A stretch of 64,000 bases of DNA, taken from Octopus vulgaris. Taxonomy: Eukaryota. Each line of letters starts with the position of its first letter. The stretch's first letter is position 1. The DNA is taken from assembly GCA_951406725.2 (NCBI GenBank), contig OX597816.1, positions 41,540,001-41,604,000 on the forward strand. Direction: 5' to 3'. The translations under genes and the position numbers were made by a program. This document shows, one piece after another, positions 1 through 13,480 of this stretch. The notes under the pieces were generated by a model. The model saw only the letters and a list, made by a program, of their open reading frames with translations. It had not been told where the DNA came from and searched no databases.

Positions 1-300
1 CATTACTTAGATAATCAGCAGCTTTTGCACATTGGGGGAAAAACTGAGTTAGGAAAGCTAGACAGGGGAATTAGGAAGGGATTCGATATAAATGGAGGAT
101 TCCACACATGAACATGAGCAGCATGATTATATGTACCTAGGAAGGAAGGCAGAAGAAGATATTAGCTAGAGTAGATATGGACCTCTACGTAGGTAATAGC
201 GAAGAAAGTTTATTAAAAGCTGCTAGAGTCATAGCAAAGCATATGTAGGGAAACCAAAGACTCAAACGAAGTAAAAAAAAACAAAAATGATGACAACTAT
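1..300 (+). pseudogene. Degenerate R4/Dong-type non-LTR retrotransposon fragment (thumb region)
   Basis: Hand translation gives ELGKLDRGIRK...GGFH...LYVPRKEGRR, matching the R4-clade ELxxLDRKTRK...RLYxPRKEGGRGL block; stops and frameshifts present. Confidence 0.6.
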
Positions 301-599
301 TTCAAACCCAAATAACGGTATGAGTGGGAAGACTCACATGGATGCTCAGAACAGCAGATCTCTCGCGCCCTCAGAGGGTAATGGAGTGGAAAACCAAACT
401 CTACACAGTTGTAGTCCATTTACTGGCCAAAATATGCAACGTGATCGCAACGCAAGTGGTTTGCTGACATGAACAAAAAGGCAATTAAGTGTTATGAAGA
501 TGTCTTGCTAGACAAGAACACTGGCAAATGTAAAATTGACGGAAAAAAGATCATTAGAATTTTGGAACCAGTTTGGTATGTTCCAGATTACTAAATATG

Positions 600-2060
600 G
601 GCTCATGAATCAGATATGAATAATTCGGCTGTCTTAATGAAGCCCAGATTCAGACAATCAAGAAAACCCTCCGTATTGATGATAACACAGAGGTGGATAA
701 CGTAGGTGAAGATCAGTGTATGCGTAGGCAAAGTGAAGTTGTAGTAGAGGAGAGGCCAGGCAATGAATATAATGTACAAAACACGATATTACAGAGGATA
801 TGACTGAGGAGTAAAGAAACAGGGTAAAAGTCGAAGATATAATAGTTACAAGGACGGAGACCAAGCTGATGAAGTTGTGAAGCTTCGACCCAAAAGGCTG
901 AGGAAATTCTGCAATACGTTCTGACAAAGGATCTAACAGAAACAAGGGACTGGATCAGATTCGCTTCAATTTTTGCAGATGAAATATCGGCCAAAGGGTA
1001 ATGTAGTTGGCAATTAACGATCCATTGCTTTCTTAACTTGTTATAGAAAGCGTCATCAGGCATCCTCGCAGGGAAAATATATACGTTTCTTGCGGAAAAC
1101 AGTCTACCTTCAGTAGAATAAGAGATATGCCGAAAAGGACCACATTGTGATAGACAAGGTTGTAATGGAGAACTGCAAACGGTACCGAAAAATATTTGTG
1201 CACGGTCTAGATAGACTATAAAAGAGTTTCGACTTTGCTGCATCCATGGATAGATTTTGAAAATTCTAGACATTTGTGGAATAACTGAGAACGTATGTGC
1301 ACCGATTAAGAACAGCATGCCTAGTTAGGATACATGTCTTTTCTTTAACAACCTGCCCTTAGCCGAGGTAACAATCAAAAGAGGTATCTTCTAGGAAGAC
1401 TCTTGTTCATATTAGTTATTTTTTATAGATTTAATCCCATTTTCTGTAGTTCAATGCAAAGTCAATGCGCAATATGAGCTGAGAATGAATGAACCTCGTT
1501 TCAATCACCTTTTCTTCTTGGATGATTTAATACTGTTCGTAAAAACAGAGCCTTAAATTGAGAGGCCGGTTGAGACTGTAGAGATGCAAAGAAAGGATAT
1601 AAGGATAGAATTCAGTATCTCAAAGTGTGCGGTTCTCAAGTTGAAACAGGGGGACAGAGCAGATTGTAAGGGCATAGAATTGATAAAGAGAGAGCGAATG
1701 GAAGACCGGTACAGGTACCCTGAGATACTGAAGCTAAACAATATCTTGCACTGAGAAATGATGGACAAGATCATCACTGCGTATTTCAAGCACCTCACAC
1801 ATCTCTTGAAATCAAATCTCAACTCAAGGCACCTTGCGTCTGCCATCAACATATGAGATGTTACTGTAGTCCATTATGGTGCACCCATCCTGAAATGGAC
1901 ACGAGCGGAGATTAAGCAACTCGATCACGCTACCCGAAATACAATGACAATCCATGGTGCCTCCAACCTTAAGGCGAACGCACAAAAGGTCTACACGAAT
2001 AGGTGTAAGTGTAGCGTGAGATGATTAGCGTACGAGAGTGCATCAACACTGAAAGAAGCA
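600..2060 (+). pseudogene. Degenerate R4/Dong-type reverse transcriptase
   Basis: Disrupted motifs in order: LAENSLPSVE*EICRKG (~1090-1140), *IDYKR (~1210), RGIF*EDS (~1380), NHLFFLDDLILF (~1503), KWTRAEIKQLDHATRNTMTIHG (~1895). Confidence 0.75.
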
Positions 2061-2099
2061 GTATGGCAGTAGATTGTAACAAGACCTGCTACATTATGC

Positions 2100-2860
2100 T
2101 GCTAATGTACAAGGATTCCTTGCTAGCTTTTCTAGTTTTGCAATAATTCTTTGCCTGACCACTTCACTAACAACTTCAGTATTCCTTTTCCGTGGCTGAT
2201 CTTTAATTCCAGTGTTCTCCAGTTCTTTGTTTTCTTAACTTTCTAACGTTCTCATGTTTTTCCGCTACACTGCAATTTTCGCAAGTATTTTCCTTCATCT
2301 CCACCATACATTTTCATTTGCGTTCTGTTATCTGATTTCTTACATCAAGTTGTTTAGCAGCTACATATGTGGCTGCTTTGAACAACTCATTCTTTTTCAG
2401 TGATGTCAACAGTTTGTATCATATTATAGAAACAAATATTTTCTCTATGTATATTCAGTATTATAGTGTTATCTCGATCATCGGTTTTAGCTTCAACCAA
2501 TGATTCATCTATTTGCCTTTCATCCATTCGATTGTATAACTCTTCTTCACCGGTTTCAACTCTGTCAAATTGCATCGCAATATTTCTTTTTATCCATTCG
2601 TTCTAATTTATCGACTCTAGTCGGAAAATCTTTGTTCATCAGTTCGAAAGACACCGGCATTTCCCCATTTGGTTTTGTCCCTTTCATCCTGGTAGTTGCT
2701 TGAAGAAAACGAGTTCACCTTGTTGCTCAATCTATGGGACATCTTCTGGAGGGGGCTCTTTCATTATCAGTAGTTTCAGCATCGTTTACATCATTATTTA
2801 ATATATTTGTAAGGTGTGTATCGCTCATAATTTGCTGGTCTATTTCTACTTTATAAGGAA
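2100..2860 (-). pseudogene. Degenerate N-terminal region of an R4/Dong-like element
   Basis: Charged, K/E-rich minus-strand frames with VDITEKE...AATYVAAK, resembling the pre-RT ITETNxLIYAAA block of R4-clade ORFs. Confidence 0.4.
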
Positions 2861-3204
2861 CGAGTAGGTTTATTGTGACATCATCATTGGTACACGACAA
2901 ACAAAGGAAAGTGATTCAACAAGGTAGATATATACTAGGACAAGGAGAAGAGGGATGAGCAGATTGTAGCGTTGCAGAAGAAGTATGGGCGTACGAATTG
3001 TCATTCGGGCCTTAGGAAAGAAAGGAAGAGGCTGATGTAGTGGACAGAAGCACATAGAATACACGCACATAGAATACAGGCCTGCTAGTTACGAACAGCG
3101 AAGTTCATTTGAAAGTTTTTGCATAACTGAGGTCACGGGACTTGTTATCAATGAGTACACCTGTCACAATTTCCTCATGGGGGTGCGTTGCAAAAACACT
3201 TTCA

Positions 3205-3390
<186 letters not shown>

Positions 3391-3392
<2 letters not shown>

Positions 3393-4350
3393 AGATTCTA
3401 TCAAGAACTTCACAAAATGAAAATAGAGACCGATGCAGAAGAACTGGGGGAATTTTCAAAAGAAATATGATCTATTAAAAGGAAAGTAGGAAGCTCTTTT
3501 AAAATAACTAACGCAGCACCTAGACAACTCTGGAAAATCATAACAGAAGAAGAGGTCACCCAGGCATTGCATACACTAAGCAACGGAAATGAGCTCGAGC
3601 ATGACAAGATCCCATATTTCTGGGTAACATATCTTGTAGGAATGCATAAGACGCTGGCCGAGAATTTCAGCGAGATACTAGCAGAGCTAGATACAACATG
3701 TGACTGGTTCACATAATGGAAAACCATCCTAATTCCCATATCCACTGAGACGGCAAACCCACAAAACTACAGACCCATAACATGTCTACCAACAATTTAT
3801 AAAGCCTTAACTGCAATAATATCGCAGGAAGTGTGCAAGCATCTGGAAGAAAACAATTTGATTCCAGAAGAGCAGACGGGATGCAGCAAGGGCGCATATG
3901 GTTGTACAGATCAGTTATTTATCAATAAAGCCATAGATGGAGACAGTCGGAAGAAACGAAGGATCTAAGTATGGCGTGGATCGATTATCCAAAGGTTTTT
4001 AACATTATTCCTTACTAATGGATCCTAGAAACACTGACCATGAACAAGGTAGCATCAATAATAATAAAGTATATAAAACATTCTATGAATAAATGGCAGA
4101 TTCAGAGAGAAGAGAGACTCATAAAATCTAAAGCCATCCCCATTAAAAGAGGAATATTCCATGGAAACGCACTCTCCACTCCTTTTCTGCTTGGCACTGA
4201 CGCCTTGAACTGACATACTAAAGGGAACTGGATGTTGATACAGCTTCTACGGTAGAACAATCAACCATCTCTTATGAACAACTGGAATCCAAACTGAAGA
4301 TCCAAAAACAATATCATTAGGAACAGCTAGGACAATTCAGAAGGGACGTG
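3391..4350 (+). pseudogene. R4/Dong-type RT relic with internal deletion, starting at the (AAT)n tract
   Basis: RFYQEL, ITEEEVTQAL, NYRPITCLPTIYKALT, EEQTGCSKGAYGCTDQL, MAWIDY, IKRGIFHGNALS, NHLL, then directly IQKTISLGTART (endonuclease C-terminus). Confidence 0.85.
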
Positions 4351-4424
4351 GCATAGGGATTTTCTCCAACAGTCTAATCGCTTGTGCATAAAAGAAATAA
4401 CGATATGAATCATTCATACTGTAG

Positions 4425-4572
4425 ACACAAGGACTGAAATTTTTGGGGGGGGGGAGGTTAGGCAATTACATCAAGTCCTGCGCTTAACTGTTGTTTATTT
4501 CACCGAAATGGATAGGAGAAAAGACAAAGTCCACCAAGGGGCAATTTGAAATTAGAACGTAAAGACAGACTT
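4425..4572 (-). mobile_element. Degenerate SINE, family A
   Basis: Reverse complement aligns with the family A copy at 28240-28469 (gtctttacgttct...caaatt...ggtggactttgtctttt). Confidence 0.6.
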
Positions 4573-4599
4573 AATAATGATGATGATTAATAACCATCC

Positions 4600-4774
4600 T
4601 TTCTAATATAGGGAATCGGCCTGATATTTTGAGGGAGGAGAGAAGTCGATTACATTGACTCCAGTGTTCAACTGGTAAATATCGAACTTGAAAGGACGAC
4701 AGGCAAGTCGAACTCGGCGAAATTTAACCCCAGATTCTTAAAACGAAGGAAACGACGCTAAGCATTTTGTCCGC
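4600..4774 (-). mobile_element. Degenerate SINE, family A
   Basis: Contains aagtcgattacattgactccagtg and gaaagga...aagtcgaactcggcg, the reverse complement of the family A core. Confidence 0.7.
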
Positions 4775-4809
<35 letters not shown>

Positions 4810-4811
4810 TG

Positions 4812-4871
<60 letters not shown>

Positions 4872-4887
4872 TTAATAATAATAATAA

Positions 4888-4918
<31 letters not shown>

Positions 4919-4980
4919 AAGAAGGAGGAGGAGGAGGAGAAGAAGAAGAAGGAAGAAAAGATGGAAGAAAAGAAGAAGGA
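4775..4980. repeat. Compound microsatellite (AAT)n-(GAA)n-(GGA)n
   Basis: Directly visible. Confidence 0.95.
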
Positions 4981-5929
4981 AATAGAAGAGCATGTGCTAT
5001 CAACACTAGTGACATGAAATAAAATAGGTTTCATTTAGTTTGAAAACAACTCACTAGCGACGTCTATAAACACGTCAATAACATCTGTCAGAATATATTT
5101 AAATCAGATTTGAGAAACTTTATAAAATTTCATGTTGTTTGTATTATCTTCAACAATGATCCATTTTGGATTCGTGTTGCTATGACGTAATGTATTTGGC
5201 AACAGGAAAACGAAGAAAATATATATCTCTACGGATCAAATGAAATGTGTTTACTCACGTCAGTTGTCATGTATTCTCAGAGATAGATAACGTCAACACT
5301 AACTGTTGAAACGTTATAATGTTTCATAGTTTAAAATTGTATCTCATACGAATAATTAGCAAGTAATGATACATCGCAAATGTGTGGTTCTTAAGAATGA
5401 TTTATAAAGATTTGAAATGATATGCATGTTTTCCTTTTTAAATTTTTATTTTTACAATATATTCTTCAACCGAAGACGAAAAATAACAGCAGTAAACGAT
5501 TTTAATGATGCTCGTGTCTTTCCAAATGAAGTAAAGTGTTTACCGTAAATTAGTTCTAAAACACATCACGCAACGTACCTTGATATTATTATTTATCAAA
5601 GATATACACCTCATAGTGCGATAATAGCACTTAGCACATTATGAAGAAGTGTTTTTCACAGTGGTGACTTAAAGTTCCCTTAGCCAATTACCTGAAAAAT
5701 TCCTTTCGAAAACTACGTCCAAATGCAGTCTACACAACTGTAATGGCAAATATACCATTTAAAATCTGAGAGTTAAATTTTGCAAGTCGAGATGCAGGTT
5801 CGCGTATAATGAGGGTGTATTTGAATGGTTACTTAACAACTATGTTCTCATGGTAAGGCTTTGATATTGAACACCTATATCAAAATAGTCAGAATGATAC
5901 ACATGCACAATTCCCTAACTCATTCCGTA

Positions 5930-5980
5930 TATATCTCTCTCTGTTTATGTATCTATCTATCTCTCTATCTATCTGTCTAT

Positions 5981-6047
<67 letters not shown>

Positions 6048-6048
6048 A

Positions 6049-6104
<56 letters not shown>

Positions 6105-6115
6105 CTGTCTGTCTA
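5930..6115. repeat. (TATC)n + (TA)n microsatellite
   Basis: Directly visible. Confidence 0.95.
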
Positions 6116-6130
6116 CGCCTTTTACTATTT

Positions 6131-6489
6131 TATTCTATTACTTGTTTCAGTCATTTGACTGCGGCCATACTGGAGCACCGACTTATTTTTTGTAAGCCTA
6201 GTACTTATTTTATCGGTTTCGTTTGACGAACCGCTGAGTTATGGGGACGTAAACACGCCAGCATCGATTGTCAAGCAATGTTGGCGGAACAAATAGACAC
6301 ACAAACATATACACACATATACATATATACGACGGGCTTCTTTCAGTTTCCGTCAACCAAATCCACTCACAAGGCTTTGGTCGGTCCGAGGCTATAGTAG
6401 AAGACATATGCCCAAGATGAAACGCAGTGGGACTGAACCCAGAACCATGTGGTTGGTAAGCAAACTACTTACCACATAGCCACTCCTGC
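6131..6489 (-). mobile_element. tRNA-derived SINE, family B
   Basis: Minus-strand head GCAGGAGTGGCTATGTGGTAAG (A box) ...GGGTTCAGTCCC (B box), followed by a CORE-like cttgggca...tcttctactatagcc segment; homologous copies at 40564 and 42398. Confidence 0.85.
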
Positions 6490-6959
6490 TCAATGTTATT
6501 CAACGAATTATGCTGGAAATAAATATAGAAACTTTCAAGCTTCTAACTACTACCGAAGTGTCTGCACCAAAGCGAAGTGCCCTATTAAAGGCTTGCCTAA
6601 TTTAAGCTTCAATAGACAAAATAAAGAATTTGATCTAATTTAATCGATACATACCCAAATATTCCTTGAGAATTTCAACTATTATATGATATACGACAAA
6701 TACCAATGATCCAAGCAGCTTCAATCACAATGTATCGCCTTATTACAACTTATTACTTCCAAGGCGCTAATGTGTATGAGCAACGGAAGAACTTAACGGC
6801 GAAATAAGATTCTCTAATTCATGTCTGGTAAACTAACACGCATGTATAACTCTAGGTGTATTTTCGATGGGGTTTGTGTACTTAAGTGTATATAGAGATA
6901 CGCACTCTAACACAGAGACGCACAAAGAAATACATACATATTTGCAAACATACATACAC

Positions 6960-7500
<541 letters not shown>

Positions 7501-8222
7501 ATGCCCTTATTGAAATAATTGCTTTCCTTAGAGATTTTAGTGCTTCAGAATTTATGGAATGGTTTAAATACCTCGTTTAAAACTTCCTCTCGGTTGAATA
7601 TATCTGAAGATATGAAGTTAAATGCCATTGTTACGAACTATTCTTCGCCTTTCCTCTAAAAGCATTGCACCACAATCCTAGATTCCGCAAGTTTTACTTT
7701 AATTGCTGCTTGACTTCTACGCTAAATTCCTCGATGGCAGATGGTGATTATTAATTGTACTTTGCCCTGCAGGACTATTATTTACGCTTCGTATCATTAT
7801 CTGAAATCTGATGCCATTTTCAGTAAAAATTACCTCCCACAGATATGAATTCTGTCGTGATTTCTGCTCCAGCGAATTTATAATACGTTGCGAAGGTGGT
7901 GAGGCGTTTTTTTTTTGGTTCTCTCTTTTATACACGTGCATTGAATTATAATTGATCTTATAACCTAGCACTTCGGTCTTTATGATAAATATCGTGTTCT
8001 TTCAGATGGCCTTATATGTGCCTGCTAGCTTAAGTGTACGCATAAGTGTGCTTTTATATATGTATATGTGAGCTATCGGGAGGTAAAAAAAGCGATAAAA
8101 GCAGATATCGAGGCACACATGTTTATAAATATATGCTTATATCATCATATACAAACTGACTCATACACGTGTTAATATACATATATCTATGTGTATATAT
8201 AGAAATATATGTATATACACAA

Positions 8223-8275
<53 letters not shown>

Positions 8276-8285
8276 TATGTATATA

Positions 8286-8422
<137 letters not shown>

Positions 8423-9149
8423 ACTCTTTAATAAATAGTGTATATAAATATTTGGGCGCCGTAAAACTGTAATGGTCATACCTTCATAGTTGTATGGCAA
8501 TACAATAATTTCGGGGTCAAACATATGGTGCGATGCTATAAAATACCAAAGAGTCTCTAAGAGGCGATATCACTGGACAATAAACCATCACAAGACTTGA
8601 GTAAATCAGTACAATTTGCCATATATCGTATTACTTGTGCCTTGATTATTTTATTTCGATGTGAGTATTTACGACAGATTCAATCTATGTATTCATATAC
8701 GTTCATATATGTATGTATGCTCATATATATATATATATACGTGTTTTCATATGTGTGTGTATAGAGCGTGGCCCAGTAGTTAGGGGGTTGCACTGAAGAT
8801 TGTGAGATAACAGTTCATGGAACGTTTAGGGAGTCGTGTTCTTGAGGAAACCCCTTCATCGGAGGTTGCTCTGTGATCACTTCGACACAACTTTCTGTAC
8901 ATATTGCACTTGTTGGGTCAGACAACATCGTTTTGATTGAAAGAGTGACGTAATGTACAACGTATATAAATAATATAAACAAATTATTTTGCAGATAACT
9001 CAACAAATAGCGAAAAGTTAGACGTCGCCTTCGACAGAAAATTACTCCCAATATATTCGTATGATTATGTATAAGAATATATATACTATACACATATGTA
9101 TGTCTTCATATATAAATATGATAACTGCGCCATGTTAACAGATGATTGC

Positions 9150-9420
9150 CGTAACCATGTGCTTCCTTTTTGTCGGTGGCCTTTCTCACTATTCGTCCAT
9201 GACATCTCAGGAGATCATTCAGTCCACTTGCAGACTTGCATGTTTTGAAGCATAGGTGACAGATGAAAGTTGAACTTACAGTGTGCCTCCAACAGGTTAG
9301 GCCTGCACACACTTCCATTCTTCCACGGGTATAGATTGAATGCGAAATGAGGTCACTCCAAAGAGACAAATTTACAGCAGTGATGTATAGAGATAAGAAC
9401 TTGTAGGTAACGAGTAAATA
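9150..9420 (-). pseudogene. 3' end relic of an RTE-type LINE (C-terminal C2H2 finger)
   Basis: FICHLCFKTCKSASGLNDLLRCHGR in ORF 9106..9552 fits the FxCxxCxKxCxSxxGLxxHxRxH tail of RTE ORFs. Confidence 0.55.
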
Positions 9421-9433
9421 TCGAGTGTACACA

Positions 9434-9536
<103 letters not shown>

Positions 9537-9553
9537 GCATACTATACATCAAT

Positions 9554-9635
9554 CAGTTGTTCCCAACCTGGGGTACGCGGATCCCTGGTGGACAGCAAAA
9601 ATTGTACTAGGTTTTCGTGAGCCAAATTCAAAGTT
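9554..9635 (+). mobile_element. Possible hAT (Charlie-like) terminal fragment
   Basis: CAGTTGTTCCCAACCTGGGGTACGCG resembles hAT CAGTGGTTCCCAAC termini; no partner end found nearby. Confidence 0.35.
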
Positions 9636-9709
9636 CCATATATGTATGTATGTATATCTATATATATATATCTATAAATATGAACCATCCGATCTGATTA
9701 CCTCATTTC

Positions 9710-9774
<65 letters not shown>

Positions 9775-9904
9775 AGGATTCACAAAAACAAAGGAAAACG
9801 TAAGACGAAGATAGGTGGGCCCTCTTGTAGTTGCGGATGCGCCCTTTAGGCACCCGGCAACCAATATATTGAAACCCTGTCCGCCACTGTATATATGTAT
9901 TGTT

Positions 9905-10241
9905 GTTGTTGTTTGTGACCCCCTTCGGTCAGACACTGACCATGGGTTTGCACCTAGAGAGTTACCCTCTGAGGCACAAGTCTGGACAAGGTTGTTTTTT
10001 TTATGGAAGACCAGCAGTCACCCATGCATACCGGCCTCCCCTCTCCACGTCACCGATGTTGTCCAAGGGAAAGGCAAGGTACCTGTGACGTCGCAACTCA
10101 TTTCTACAGCTGAGTGAACTGGAGCAACGTGAAATAAAATGTCTTGCTCAAGAACACAACACGCAGCCCGGTCCGGGATTCGAGCTCACAACCTCATGAT
10201 CGTAAGCTCGACACTCTAACCACTGAGCCACGCGCCTTCAC
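9905..10241 (-). mobile_element. tRNA-derived SINE, family C
   Basis: Minus-strand head GTGAAGGCGCGTGGCTCAGTGGTTAGAGTG...GAGCTCGAATCCCGG (A and B boxes), middle gtgttcttgagcaagacattttatttcacgttgctccagttcactcagctg, and an (AAC)n tail. Confidence 0.85.
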
Positions 10242-10949
10242 ATATGTATGTCTTCATATATAAATATATATATATATGCATATATACATATATATATATA
10301 CATATATACATACGTACATACATACATACATACATGCACACACATGAGCGTCTGTGTGCGTTTATGCTTGCTTGTTTTTATGTGTATGTCTGTGTTTGTG
10401 TGCGTGCGTCTGCTTCAGAAGTATTGCAGGTGTTTCAAGTATGAATTAATTGCTGACATGATTTGAAAATATTCTGTTTCCAGGTGTCAATATGTATCTC
10501 TACAGAGCACTGATACAAACGTTGAAAGAAATCATTCTCCTACGGTGTGAATCAAAATTTCGTTATCATATTCGTTACATATCTCGTATGAAGCTGATAA
10601 GTTCTGTTATAAGACTTAATTAGAGAAAAGCCTGAGAATAACAGTATGGTTGTATGATTATTCACCACGTTTCACAGCATTCAATTCTTGGATTCGAGGC
10701 ACCTTCAGCAAGTGTCTTTCTTTTTGTATTGTATCCCCTAGCATGGAAATGAAACTGAGTATATTTTCTACAGGTTCAATAAGTAGTGTTTAAATTCCTA
10801 AATGTAGAAGGCTACCGCTACTTTGTATCCTTCCGATTTTCCCAGAAGTTTATTACTTTGTAGTCATCTTAGATAGCTATTGATTTTAAGAAGGGATATT
10901 TTAAATGTTTTTTACAGTTGGAAATTTCTGTGGTGATACAACAATAAGT

Positions 10950-11480
10950 GTTACCGCATTTCCGACTCGTAAAATGTGACACAGCACAACATGTATCTTT
11001 GTCAGATGATTGGTGACTAGACCAGTATGTCAACCAAGTTTGCTTGGTTTACGAATCAAAAACCCGTCAAAGGGCGGAGGAAATCAAATGAGTCAACGGC
11101 CATCCAATAATGTGTGAAGGTGCATCGCCAAACGGTGAGGGTGTTACACTGACGGTTTCGATCCGTAGACCAACTTTTCGTTGTGTTCCTGAACAATATA
11201 CTTTTTTGCCGTACTTCAGTTCACCTATACGCATGGACTGGCCATTCGTTGTCTTCTTGAGTAATTTCAGTTCTCTTGTCCACCTTGCGACGGAAGCGAG
11301 AGATGCTGACACAAGAAAATCATGACCCCTATTTTGTGTTTAACAATCGGAAAGATGAACACAACCCACACTGCGAATTGCTTAGTATTGGTTGTTCAAC
11401 AACGTTGAAGGATTATAATAATGAGGTTTCTGCTTCACGTAGCCATTACAGACACTCACAGGAGGCAGCTATAAACATTT
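10950..11480 (-). pseudogene. Highly degenerate R4/Dong-like relic
   Basis: SLASVARWTRELKLLKKTT...KKVYCSGTQRKVGLRIETV weakly matches WTxxELxxLDRKT...RLYxxRxxGGRGLxxIE. Confidence 0.35.
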
Positions 11481-11554
11481 AAACTGTTTGTTTGCTCGGA
11501 TATTGCGGGGATGACATGTGAAGCCAGTAATAATAATGATAATAATGACAGTAA

Positions 11555-11605
<51 letters not shown>

Positions 11606-11700
11606 CGCTAATAATAATAATAATGATAAAATAACAATAATAATAATAATAATAATAATAATATTAATAATAATAATAATAATAATTATTATTATTATTA

Positions 11701-11841
11701 TAAGTTTGTCCAAAAAGTTCGTAGAAAGTCTTGGAAAATAATGGTCTTTATTTTGAGGAATAATTTTTGTTGTTTTTGTTAGTACTTGGCGAGTAAAAAT
11801 TCAATTTTCGCAAGTGTTTTCGAACTTTTGGGACAACCTAA
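11701..11841. mobile_element. Internally deleted mariner-type element (MITE-like)
   Basis: 21-bp terminal inverted repeats taagtttgtccaaaaagttcg / ttaggttgtcccaaaagttcg (18/21 match), flanked by TA. Confidence 0.6.
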
Positions 11842-11860
11842 TATTATTATTATTATTATT

Positions 11861-13132
11861 CAGTAGTTTTATTTTTATAGCGTGCTTTCACTTCACTACC
11901 GAGCGCAGCTCTGTGTGACTTGGGTATGTGCTGTGATTTGTTGTGATGCTCTGATGGTTATTGTATGGAAAGTGTTCTGCGTAGGATGTGTGCAGTGCCT
12001 AGTAGTGCAATTTTCTGTATGTTATATGTGTTTGTAAGTCCTGGTGTTTTTGTTATGTATTTGTCTGAATATTTTTTTATCATGCCTAATGCACCTACTA
12101 TGATAGGAATTGTTTCTGTTTTCAGGTTCCACATTCTTGTTACCTCTATTTCCAGGTCTTTGTATTTTGAGAGTTTCTCCATTTCTTTTAGAGACACGTT
12201 GTCATCTGCCGGTATTGATACATCAATTAGAAATCATTTTTTTTTCTTCATGATCTCTGACAACTATATCTGGTCTGTTGGCCCTAATTTCTCTATCTGT
12301 GTGTATCGGCATATCCCAGAGTATGGTTGCTTTCTCGTTTTCTGTGACCTTTTCTGGTGTGTGCCTATATCATCTTTTTTCTGTTGTTATTCCATAGTGT
12401 TGGCATAGCTTCCAATGTATGTAGGTTCCAAATCTGTCATGTCTGTGTATATATTCCTTCTTAGCCAGGACTGGGCAGCTAGAGATAATATGATTTATTG
12501 TTTCTTGTCCATCTCCACATATTCTGCAGTTACTTGTAATATTTCTTTTCATTACATGTTTTTGGTAATTTCTGGTGGGGAGGCTTTGGTCTTGTGCTGC
12601 AATTAAAAATCCCTCTGTTTCTGCTTTGAATCCTGAGCTTCTCAACCATTGCTGGGATTTTTCTTTGTCTATTTCTTTTGCGTTTAGTTTAGTGCAGTAT
12701 TTACCATGAAGGGGCTTTTCTTGCCATCGTTTTATCATGGCTCGTTGCTGTTCTATTTTTAGTTTGGATTTCATTTGTTTTATAGCTTTTGTTGTTTCTT
12801 CATCATCTTCTTCTTCTTCTTTGTGTTTACTAGGTGGTATGATTTCTTGTTTGTATTTGTCAGCTTCCTTAAATACTGAGAACAGTTTTTTGTCTTGCTC
12901 GTGTTTTGCCGCTATCTGGATCAGTTTTCCTTCCTTCTGAAGTAGATATTTTTGCAGTCCTATGGTGGTTATTTTATAGTAGTTTTCCAGCTGTATAAGG
13001 CCTCTACCACCTTCTATACGTTGTATCTATAGTCTTTCTATGTCAGATTTTGGGTGATGCATCCTAGATCCTGTCATTATTTTTCTTGTTTTCCTATCTA
13101 TTTTGGTCAGTTCATTTCGTGTCCAGTTAAGG
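11861..13132 (-). mobile_element. Young 5'-truncated Dong/R4-clade non-LTR retrotransposon in (TAA)n
   Basis: WTRNELTKIDRKTRK...HPKSDIERL, AAQDQSLPT, CCHC knuckle CRICGDGQETINHIISSC, RHD, restriction-like endonuclease (D..IDVSIP, KYKDL, IQKIALLGTAHILRR), ~100-bp 3' UTR. Both ends lie in TAA repeats; a few stops and frameshifts. Confidence 0.93.
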
Positions 13133-13133
13133 A

Positions 13134-13229
<96 letters not shown>

Positions 13230-13275
13230 CATTACTATTATAACTAAATTTTCGATAATATGCATTGTTGTAAGT

Positions 13276-13480
13276 TGGCGAGCTGACGATCGTTAGCGCA
13301 CCGAATAATATTCCTAGCACTATTTCGTCCGTCTTTACGATCTGATATTAAATCTCACTCGGGTTGACTTTGCCTTTCATTCTTTCAGCGTTGATGAAAT
13401 AAGTACCATTTGAACACTAGGGTCGATGTAATCGACTTACCTTCTCCTCTGAGACTTGTGCCAAAATTCGAAACCAATAT
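13276..13480 (+). mobile_element. SINE, family A
   Basis: ggcgagctgacgatcgttagcgc...gactttgcctttcattctttc...aagtacc...ggtcgatgtaatcgactt. Confidence 0.8.

Noticed and set aside
8468-8613. Solo LTR (TGTA...TACA with TATA-like and AATAAA motifs)
   Set aside because: Short, with no target-site duplication; the motifs are expected by chance in AT-rich DNA.
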